Translations under genes and position numbers: made by a program
Assembly: GCA_002245135.1 (NCBI GenBank)
Contig: NGBS01000345.1
Coordinates: 1-48,810 of the forward strand
DNA: 48,810 nucleotides
Reading direction: 5' to 3'
Origin: Proteromonas lacertae
Lineage: Eukaryota
In this document: positions 22,303 to 32,696 of the stretch, piece after piece
How the letters are laid out: every line of letters starts with the position of its first letter
How positions within the stretch are numbered: the stretch's first letter is position 1
Notes under the pieces: generated by a model
The model's database searches: none
What the model saw: only the letters and a program-made list of their open reading frames with translations
Told to the model about the DNA's origin: nothing

Positions 22303-25300
22303 ATGTTCCCTCAATACCCATATGGTTACAATATGTATCATCCAATGATACAAGGAGGTGGTATGCCACCATATAACAATGGGATGCCACCTATGCAGTC
22401 TATGTACTACTATGCTCCTCAACCCATGATGGTACCAGTACCCATGCCCATGTATGGACCACCACCTATGTATGGTCAGCAGCAACCATTACAGCAACAT
22501 CCAGTAAACACTTTGGCTCAAAGTTCATTCAGACCGATACTTCCACGTCCATCTGCACCATCTCAACAGCAAACTATGTATCAAACACCTCAGAGAAGAC
22601 CAGCAGTGCTAGCTGAGCCTCCACCACCACCCAAAGTTCAAAGAATCGATCCAGCTCAATTTCAGCGATTTTTGGAGGATGATGATATTCCAGAGTCTCC
22701 AAATCAAAATCAACCACCAGCATCAGAAATAGAAGAGACTCATCCCCAGGACACCAATGTGAGTAGTGAATCCAAGCAAGAAGATAGAGATGGATTATTA
22801 GCTCTAGATATAGTACAGAATCATCCACAACAATTAAGAAATATACCAATCACAGTCAGAAGAGAATTAATGGATAAAGTGATTACATCCTCAAAAATGT
22901 TCAGCATGTCAATCCCAGTGAAATTTGGTAAAGAAAAATTTGAAATCGCAAAATCCCCAGAATTGGTGTTTGAAGCATTGACTGGATTTAAGAAAGATAG
23001 ACAAGAAGATGAACCAGCTGTTGTACCAGAGTGTATGGTGTTGATTAGAGAATTTATCGAAAATTTTGGTTATGCTAAAATTTATTATACATTCAAAGTG
23101 GCTTATATAGCAGCAGATGAGGTTGAATCAAATGATACTGGTGAAACTATGTCAAATTGGAAAAGTTTTGATACAGAAGTAATTACATGCTCTAAAGGTG
23201 ATTTAGGTGGTGTATTACCAGAAAAGCTGTATTATCACTTATATGATAGTATGGGTGAGATATTCAATACTCAGAAGTCAGATTTGAGATTTCGATGGAT
23301 TAATGAAGTTACAATTAATTTAGCTCGATCTCGTGTAACAACTGGTTCTGCAACTAATGATAACGAAATAGAGAACATTCCATTACCAAAAGAATTATCC
23401 AACAAAAAATGTATACTTAACTTGCAATTTGGTAAAACAGTTGCTAGACAAAATATATGCTTTTTATATGCAGTAGCCGCATCATTACACTATATGGAGT
23501 TTCCAAATAATAGACATCGCTCATATCATTATAAAAAATATGTTGAAGCATATAATGTGAATTACTTAGAATTTCCTGTGGATCCAATGAATCACCAGCA
23601 TGGTATAAGAAAATTTGAGAAGTGTAACAAAATTACATTAAATGTATTCACAGTGGATTCTAATGAAGCTATACCATTATATGTCACCCAACAAGATAAA
23701 AACAAAAATTGGCCACATGCTAATATACTTTTCTATGGAAACCATTTTTATCCTATTACCAATTTAAATGCATTTTTACTACCATTGGATAAAAAATGTA
23801 GTAATTATGTAGAGAGATGCCCATATTGCTTCTGCAGTTTATTTACCAATAGATCTATAATATACCATCAAAAAATCAATTGTCAATTAAAAAGTAATAG
23901 AGGTATTATTAGAAAGTTCCCAGAACCAAATACAAGAATATCGTTCAAAAATTACAAGTTTATGCAAATGATGCCAGTAGCCCTATATTGGGACACTGAA
24001 ACATATCAAGAAGATTTACCTCAAAATACTGAAATCAAAAATGCCAAAGGTGGGGCAACAGATGATTTCATATATAGGTGGGGTTTGGAAAAAGGACACT
24101 TCCCTTACGAATATTGCGATACTTTGGACAAATATTATAAAACTAGCCATTTACCACCCAAAGAAGCATTTTATTCAAAACTCAAGCAGGATGAAAATAT
24201 TACAGATGTAGAGTATGCATCATGTTGTGATTTGTGGGATGTACTCCAGTGCAAAGATTTGATGGATTATAACCTCTTCTATCTAGCTATGGATGTACTC
24301 ACTTTATCTTCAGTATTCGATCACTTTAGAAAAGTAGTGTTTAGAAATTTCGATTTAGACCCATGTTGGCATTTATCATCACCAGGTCTGTCATGGAGTG
24401 TGTTTCTAAAATATTGTCCTGTGGAGATAGAGTTATTAAGTGACCAAGATAAATATGACTTTATACATAGTGGTTTGATAGGTGGTATATCTATGGTTGG
24501 TTCAACACGTTTGGAAGAAGCTCATAATCACTATATGGACCCACCTGTACATCCTCCGCTAAGAGAATCATATATATGTTATCTAGACTATAATTCACTT
24601 TACCCTAGTACAATGGCCACTATGAAACTTCCATATGCTGATTTCAAGTGGGAAGAAGGAAATCCAGATGAATTGATGAAATTGTACCATGATGTAATAT
24701 ACAATGTAAAAACGTATGAAGAGATGATTAGTAACTGTCAAAGATATAATGATACAGAATGGGATGACATGGATTCCAGAGGTTATATATTAGAGGTAGA
24801 TATCGAGCCTCCCCAAAACACTCGCAAGTTTGATGAATATCCATTATTCCCAGAGAAGAAGTGTATTCAATATGAACACTTATCTAGTTTACAGCAAAAG
24901 TGGGCATGTGAACTTGGATTGGTAAACAAAAAGAATCACATCAAAAGCAATACACCCAGAATTATATTGGATATGTCTCCGAAAAGAAAATACGTGGTGC
25001 ATTATCAATATTTAAATTTTGCTGTTTCCTTAGGTTATAAAGTATCGAAAGTACATCGAATTATATCATTCAAAGAATATCACTTCTGTTATGATTTTGT
25101 GATGAGATGTCATACCCTGCGTAGAGATGCCAAACAACATAAAAGAGAAGCAGAAGCAGACACTTTCAAATTATTGTTAAATTCAGCCTATGGAAAAATG
25201 TGTGAAAATACCGAAAATCGATGTAGATCAAAATTGGTGAACAATGAGGAAGATTTTTTGAGATGTGCCAGTAATCCTTTTTTCAGTGGATTTATCAGTA

Positions 25301-26031
25301 TTGATGGATGTGATTTAAGGATCTGCAAATTTAAGAAGTATCAATGTAAGGTGAATAAACCAAGTTACATAGGGATGTGTATTCTATTTGAAAGTAAACA
25401 TTTAATGGCTAAGTTTTGGTATGGTCATCTCTATAGAAAATATGGATCAAGCCTCAAGCTTTTGATGACTGATACAGATAGTTTCATTTTCAAAGTGTAT
25501 ACGAGAGATATATATGAAGATATAATGAATGATGTGGCTTTGGAAGGCAGAATGGATACTGGTAATATAAGTTGTGATTTTCTTGAGTCCAAAGGTATTA
25601 GGTATACTAATGCTCAAAGAACTTCTGATCTCAATTTGATGAAAATGGAAGAGAATAAAAATGGTTTGTACACTATTATAAAATTTTGTGGTTTAAAGGC
25701 AAAAATGTATGCCTATGAGAAACAAAGAATCGATGGTGTGAATTCGTTGTTACTAAGCGATTCCAGAGCTAAAGGTGTAACTAAAGGATTTAGGTTACAG
25801 ACATGTGATTTCAATTATTATTACGATATCTTAACTAAAGCTGATAAAGTGTATGTGGAGCAATATTCGTTCAGAACAGCACGTCAGTGCATATATACTA
25901 TTCGTATGAACAAATTGGCATTTACGATCTTCGATGTGAAAAGAAAATATACTACAGTGTATGACTCAGAGCCATACAGAGATGTTATTAAAGAAGTAGA
26001 AGATGCATTAGAAGATGATGATGACACATAA
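22303..26031 (+). CDS. polB: Protein-primed family B DNA polymerase (Polinton type)
   Basis: 1242 aa with YLDYNSLYP, KLLLNSAYGK, MTDTDS, KAKMY, RAKGV and KGHFPYEY. ExoI-like WDTET and ExoIII-like YLAMD are present, as is an N-terminal CFLYAV...HFYPI module. Confidence 0.95.
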   Translation: MFPQYPYGYNMYHPMIQGGGMPPYNNGMPPMQSMYYYAPQPMMVPVPMPMYGPPPMYGQQQPLQQHPVNTLAQSSFRPILPRPSAPSQQQTMYQTPQRRPAVLAEPPPPPKVQRIDPAQFQRFLEDDDIPESPNQNQPPASEIEETHPQDTNVSSESKQEDRDGLLALDIVQNHPQQLRNIPITVRRELMDKVITSSKMFSMSIPVKFGKEKFEIAKSPELVFEALTGFKKDRQEDEPAVVPECMVLIREFIENFGYAKIYYTFKVAYIAADEVESNDTGETMSNWKSFDTEVITCSKGDLGGVLPEKLYYHLYDSMGEIFNTQKSDLRFRWINEVTINLARSRVTTGSATNDNEIENIPLPKELSNKKCILNLQFGKTVARQNICFLYAVAASLHYMEFPNNRHRSYHYKKYVEAYNVNYLEFPVDPMNHQHGIRKFEKCNKITLNVFTVDSNEAIPLYVTQQDKNKNWPHANILFYGNHFYPITNLNAFLLPLDKKCSNYVERCPYCFCSLFTNRSIIYHQKINCQLKSNRGIIRKFPEPNTRISFKNYKFMQMMPVALYWDTETYQEDLPQNTEIKNAKGGATDDFIYRWGLEKGHFPYEYCDTLDKYYKTSHLPPKEAFYSKLKQDENITDVEYASCCDLWDVLQCKDLMDYNLFYLAMDVLTLSSVFDHFRKVVFRNFDLDPCWHLSSPGLSWSVFLKYCPVEIELLSDQDKYDFIHSGLIGGISMVGSTRLEEAHNHYMDPPVHPPLRESYICYLDYNSLYPSTMATMKLPYADFKWEEGNPDELMKLYHDVIYNVKTYEEMISNCQRYNDTEWDDMDSRGYILEVDIEPPQNTRKFDEYPLFPEKKCIQYEHLSSLQQKWACELGLVNKKNHIKSNTPRIILDMSPKRKYVVHYQYLNFAVSLGYKVSKVHRIISFKEYHFCYDFVMRCHTLRRDAKQHKREAEADTFKLLLNSAYGKMCENTENRCRSKLVNNEEDFLRCASNPFFSGFISIDGCDLRICKFKKYQCKVNKPSYIGMCILFESKHLMAKFWYGHLYRKYGSSLKLLMTDTDSFIFKVYTRDIYEDIMNDVALEGRMDTGNISCDFLESKGIRYTNAQRTSDLNLMKMEENKNGLYTIIKFCGLKAKMYAYEKQRIDGVNSLLLSDSRAKGVTKGFRLQTCDFNYYYDILTKADKVYVEQYSFRTARQCIYTIRMNKLAFTIFDVKRKYTTVYDSEPYRDVIKEVEDALEDDDDT

Positions 26032-26054
26032 CTAATTTCTTATTTCTTATTTTT

Positions 26055-26617
26055 GAAACGGATATTTTTTTATATATATTGGAACATATTGACAAATGCT
26101 CAATAAGGCATAATAAGCACATGTATCAATTCTTTTCATGATGGAGCATCGATCTATGCAATAAAAAGAAATTTGAAAATTTTTATGAAATCCATCTATC
26201 ATTTTACGAAATATTTTGAAAATCGAAATTAACCATCTCAGTCGATGCACCATCGATCGGTGATTCCATTGATATAACTATAGTGACATATATGCTATAT
26301 CACCCAAAATATGAAAATATTATGAAACGGATATTTTTTTATTATTTTGAGAATTTCAACATATACTCTATATGACATAATAAGCACATGTATCGATTCT
26401 TCTCATGATGGAGCATCGATCTATGTAATAAAAAAGACTTTAATAAAAAAATTTATGAAATCGATCAATCATTTTACGAAAAATTTCAAAATTTGAAAAT
26501 AACCACATCAATCGATGTACCATCGATCAGTGATGCGATTGACATAATATATTCAACATATATGTTATTGTATGCAATTTATGAGAATATTGTGAAACGG
26601 ATATTTTTTCATAATTA
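26055..26617 (+). repeat. ~270-bp repeat cluster 2 (two tandem units; mirror 30433..30994)
   Basis: GAAACGGATATTTTTT at 26055, 26324 and 26594. Confidence 0.9.
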
Positions 26618-28383
26618 ATCTATTATTTTCTCATATTTTCATTCATGGTTCATATAAAGATCACCTACCAAAAGCCCACGTATACATTACTTTTTTATGC
26701 TTATAGATTCATGCCACATCATGGCAGATCAAATTATGGCAGATTGATTCAATCAACACCATCACCTACACCTAAAAGTCCATTCCACATTAAGATCAGT
26801 CGTGAATTCTATATATTTAATAAAATTCTGCATGATGCGTATAAACATAAATCAGATGGGTGTTCAAGATTAATAATGATAATATTGTCACTATTCGCTA
26901 TAACCCATTTAAGTGTAATAATACTCATAATTGATGAATTTTATTTCTGCTTTGTGTTTTGCTTTTAATCAATATATTTAGCACTAATAGCTACGATCCA
27001 CATCTATACCGCAAGTTTAGCAATCAAAATCATTATATACCTAAACAGCCATCTGCAGATGGTAACTTATTACTTGCAACATATATTAACCATGGAGCAC
27101 TAAATATACTGCCACCTGCAAGAAAGGCTTCGTTTGAAGATCAAATGTCAAGTTAAATTTCTCAATATCGATCATGCTTAGATGAATTTTATAAGAAGTA
27201 CTATTACATGAATGAAAGTGAATTTATCAAAATGACCTAACAATTGACTAGCGTGAATGACACAGCTCCACCCTCAAATATGGTACGTGAATATTTAAGA
27301 ATCAAATTTTTGATGCAATGCTGTTACACAAAATCTTCCTTCATGAAATCAATTTTTGATACTTTTGTTGTTTCAATTACCTATTCCAAAGAAACTTATA
27401 GCATCATGAAGTTGTCTTGTTTAATCAAAATTACTCACTGCACTTCCAAAATTGCTGAGTGAACTTGGAATTTACTGTTGTGATCTCTTCACGTAGTTAT
27501 TCATTTTGATTGCATTCTTGCGTTCATATGGTTTTGGTTTCAAAAAGTTTAATAAAGTGCCTGCATACAACAAACTAATTATTGTTCCCAATGCAATGAA
27601 TACTGTTCCTACAGTTGCAACAGTAGCTTATGTACCTGTTGACATGTTGAATAAAAAGTGAAGTACCAAAATTATACAACAAGTCTAATGGAAGTTATGA
27701 TTTTTGCAATGCTTCAGGTAAACATTGACTTCACTTTTTTCTGAATTGCCATAATCCAATCATTGATGAAAGGTATATGTTCTCCTAATATTATATGTAT
27801 AATCTCATACTAGTCGAAAATGAAGTACCACATCACATACACATACATGAAGCCTGACATAGACAAATTTTGATTTCTTCCATAACCAAAATGATGTACA
27901 TGAAATGAGTATTGTATGTATATATTTCATTGCATGAATGTCAAACATTTTAAGAAGTCATTCAACCTATCACATAAGACTTCACTGTATAAATACATTC
28001 TCTACACACAGCAACAAATTACATGTAAAACAAATAAAATCAGATTCACGCTATGAATCAAGTGCTTTTTGAAATTGTGAATTTTCAAATTTAGATCATG
28101 AACTACATGAACTTTTCAAAAAACCAATTGCTATTTGAAACTTTTCTTGATTATCAGCATTCATCCACTCTTCAGGAAGTGAGTGTCCTAACTTCTGTGA
28201 AGTTTTTATATTCTGTGATCCTACTTCATTCAACAATTTATACTAATGTTCATTAATTCATGAATATTGTTGAGGTTCAATTTCTTGAATGCTATTTATT
28301 ATTGATTAATTTTTTGGATCTAATGTCAATCTATGAAATTTGCTCTATCTTCTATTTATGTTGTTGGTATTGGTGGTGATGTG

Positions 28384-28421
28384 GGCAGTGTACCTGCCGC
28401 CATGGCGGCAGGCACACTGCC
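28384..28421. repeat. GC-rich 38-bp palindrome (mirror 28629..28666)
   Basis: GGCAGTGTACCTGCCGCCATGGCGGCAGGCACACTGCC, with one mismatched pair. Confidence 0.9.
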
Positions 28422-31400
28422 ATGGCGACGATGTTTTCAATATTCTATATTTAATGTTACAACTGGTGCATGTTTCAGCATTCCATATTTAATGCTACAA
28501 GTGCAGTCACTTGAAACACTATTAGTTGCATTATTATAGGAGGGGGCACTTGTAACATTAAATATGGAATGCTGAAACATGCACCAGTTGTAACATTAAA
28601 TATAGAATATTGAAAACATCGTCGCCATGGCAGTGTGCCTGCCGCCATGGCGGCAGGTACACTGCCCACATCACCACCAATACCAACAACATAAATAGAA
28701 GATAGAGCAAATTTCATAGATTGACATTAGATCCAAAAAATTAATCAATAATAAATAGCATTCAAGAAATTGAACCTCAACAATATTCATGAATTAATGA
28801 ACATTAGTATAAATTGTTGAATGAAGTAGGATCACAGAATATAAAAACTTCACAGAAGTTAGGACACTCACTTCCTGAAGAGTGGATGAATGCTGATAAT
28901 CAAGAAAAGTTTCAAATAGCAATTGGTTTTTTGAAAAGTTCATGTAGTTCATGATCTAAATTTGAAAATTCACAATTTCAAAAAGCACTTGATTCATAGC
29001 GTGAATCTGATTTTATTTGTTTTACATGTAATTTGTTGCTGTGTGTAGAGAATGTATTTATACAGTGAAGTCTTATGTGATAGGTTGAATGACTTCTTAA
29101 AATGTTTGACATTCATGCAATGAAATATATACATACAATACTCATTTCATGTACATCATTTTGGTTATGGAAGAAATCAAAATTTGTCTATGTCAGGCTT
29201 CATGTATGTGTATGTGATGTGGTACTTCATTTTCGACTAGTATGAGATTATACATATAATATTAGGAGAACATATACCTTTCATCAATGATTGGATTATG
29301 GCAATTCAGAAAAAAGTGAAGTCAATGTTTACCTGAAGCATTGCAAAAATCATAACTTCCATTAGACTTGTTGTATAATTTTGGTACTTCACTTTTTATT
29401 CAACATGTCAACAGGTACATAAGCTACTGTTGCAACTGTAGGAACAGTATTCATTGCATTGGGAACAATAATTAGTTTGTTGTATGCAGGCACTTTATTA
29501 AACTTTTTGAAACCAAAACCATATGAACGCAAGAATGCAATCAAAATGAATAACTACGTGAAGAGATCACAACAGTAAATTCCAAGTTCACTCAGCAATT
29601 TTGGAAGTGCAGTGAGTAATTTTGATTAAACAAGACAACTTCATGATGCTATAAGTTTCTTTGGAATAGGTAATTGAAACAACAAAAGTATCAAAAATTG
29701 ATTTCATGAAGGAAGATTTTGTGTAACAGCATTGCATCAAAAATTTGATTCTTAAATATTCACGTACCATATTTGAGGGTGGAGCTGTGTCATTCACGCT
29801 AGTCAATTGTTAGGTCATTTTGATAAATTCACTTTCATTCATGTAATAGTACTTCTTATAAAATTCATCTAAGCATGATCGATATTGAGAAATTTAACTT
29901 GACATTTGATCTTCAAACGAAGCCTTTCTTGCAGGTGGCAGTATATTTAGTGCTCCATGGTTAATATATGTTGCAAGTAATAAGTTACCATCTGCAGATG
30001 GCTGTTTAGGTATATAATGATTTTGATTGCTAAACTTGCGGTATAGATGTGGATCGTAGCTATTAGTGCTAAATATATTGATTAAAAGCAAAACACAAAG
30101 CAGAAATAAAATTCATCAATTATGAGTATTATTACACTTAAATGGGTTATAGCGAATAGTGACAATATTATCATTATTAATCTTGAACACCCATCTGATT
30201 TATGTTTATACGCATCATGCAGAATTTTATTAAATATATAGAATTCACGACTGATCTTAATGTGGAATGGACTTTTAGGTGTAGGTGATGGTGTTGATTG
30301 AATCAATCTGCCATAATTTGATCTGCCATGATGTGGCATGAATCTATAAGCATAAAAAAGTAATGTATACGTGGGCTTTTGGTAGGTGATCTTTATATGA
30401 ACCATGAATGAAAATATGAGAAAATAATAGATTAATTATGAAAAAATATCCGTTTCACAATATTCTCATAAATTGCATACAATAACATATATGTTGAATA
30501 TATTATGTCAATCGCATCACTGATCGATGGTACATCGATTGATGTGGTTATTTTCAAATTTTGAAATTTTTCGTAAAATGATTGATCGATTTCATAAATT
30601 TTTTTATTAAAGTCTTTTTTATTACATAGATCGATGCTCCATCATGAGAAGAATCGATACATGTGCTTATTATGTCATATAGAGTATATGTTGAAATTCT
30701 CAAAATAATAAAAAATATCCGTTTCATAATATTTTCATATTTTGGGTGATATAGCATATATGTCACTATAGTTATATCAATGGAATCACCGATCGATGGT
30801 GCATCGACTGAGATGGTTAATTTCGATTTTCAAAATATTTCGTAAAATGATAGATGGATTTCATAAAAATTTTCAAATTTCTTTTTATTGCATAGATCGA
30901 TGCTCCATCATGAAAAGAATTGATACATGTGCTTATTATGCCTTATTGAGCATTTGTCAATATGTTCCAATATATATAAAAAAATATCCGTTTCAAAAAT
31001 AAGAAATAAGAAATTAGTTATGTGTCATCATCATCTTCTAATGCATCTTCTACTTCTTTAATAACATCTCTGTATGGCTCTGAGTCATACACTGTAGTAT
31101 ATTTTCTTTTCACATCGAAGATCGTAAATGCCAATTTGTTCATACGAATAGTATATATGCACTGACGTGCTGTTCTGAACGAATATTGCTCCACATACAC
31201 TTTATCAGCTTTAGTTAAGATATCGTAATAATAATTGAAATCACATGTCTGTAACCTAAATCCTTTAGTTACACCTTTAGCTCTGGAATCGCTTAGTAAC
31301 AACGAATTCACACCATCGATTCTTTGTTTCTCATAGGCATACATTTTTGCCTTTAAACCACAAAATTTTATAATAGTGTACAAACCATTTTTATTCTCTT

Positions 31401-32696
31401 CCATTTTCATCAAATTGAGATCAGAAGTTCTTTGAGCATTAGTATACCTAATACCTTTGGACTCAAGAAAATCACAACTTATATTACCAGTATCCATTCT
31501 GCCTTCCAAAGCCACATCATTCATTATATCTTCATATATATCTCTCGTATACACTTTGAAAATGAAACTATCTGTATCAGTCATCAAAAGCTTGAGGCTT
31601 GATCCATATTTTCTATAGAGATGACCATACCAAAACTTAGCCATTAAATGTTTACTTTCAAATAGAATACACATCCCTATGTAACTTGGTTTATTCACCT
31701 TACATTGATACTTCTTAAATTTGCAGATCCTTAAATCACATCCATCAATACTGATAAATCCACTGAAAAAAGGATTACTGGCACATCTCAAAAAATCTTC
31801 CTCATTGTTCACCAATTTTGATCTACATCGATTTTCGGTATTTTCACACATTTTTCCATAGGCTGAATTTAACAATAATTTGAAAGTGTCTGCTTCTGCT
31901 TCTCTTTTATGTTGTTTGGCATCTCTACGCAGGGTATGACATCTCATCACAAAATCATAACAGAAGTGATATTCTTTGAATGATATAATTCGATGTACTT
32001 TCGATACTTTATAACCTAAGGAAACAGCAAAATTTAAATATTGATAATGCACCACGTATTTTCTTTTCGGAGACATATCCAATATAATTCTGGGTGTATT
32101 GCTTTTGATGTGATTCTTTTTGTTTACCAATCCAAGTTCACATGCCCACTTTTGCTGTAAACTAGATAAGTGTTCATATTGAATACACTTCTTCTCTGGG
32201 AATAATGGATATTCATCAAACTTGCGAGTGTTTTGGGGAGGCTCGATATCTACCTCTAATATATAACCTCTGGAATCCATGTCATCCCATTCTGTATCAT
32301 TATATCTTTGACAGTTACTAATCATCTCTTCATACGTTTTTACATTGTATATTACATCATGGTACAATTTCATCAATTCATCTGGATTTCCTTCTTCCCA
32401 CTTGAAATCAGCATATGGAAGTTTCATAGTGGCCATTGTACTAGGGTAAAGTGAATTATAGTCTAGATAACATATATATGATTCTCTTAGCGGAGGATGT
32501 ACAGGTGGGTCCATATAGTGATTATGAGCTTCTTCCAAACGTGTTGAACCAACCATAGATATACCACCTATCAAACCACTATGTATAAAGTCATATTTAT
32601 CTTGGTCACTTAATAACTCTATCTCCACAGGACAATATTTTAGAAACACACTCCATGACAGACCTGGTGATGATAAATGCCAACATGGGTCTAAAT

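Larger units (their letters stand above)
19430..28504 (+). repeat. Left arm (~9.07 kb) of giant palindrome
   Basis: Mirrored ORFs throughout. Coordinate sums are 59804 outside the hAT and 57049/57050 inside it. Confidence 0.95.

Noticed and set aside
28333..28717. 68-aa and 80-aa ORFs across the centre
   Set aside because: By-products of the palindrome and GC hairpin, with no protein features.
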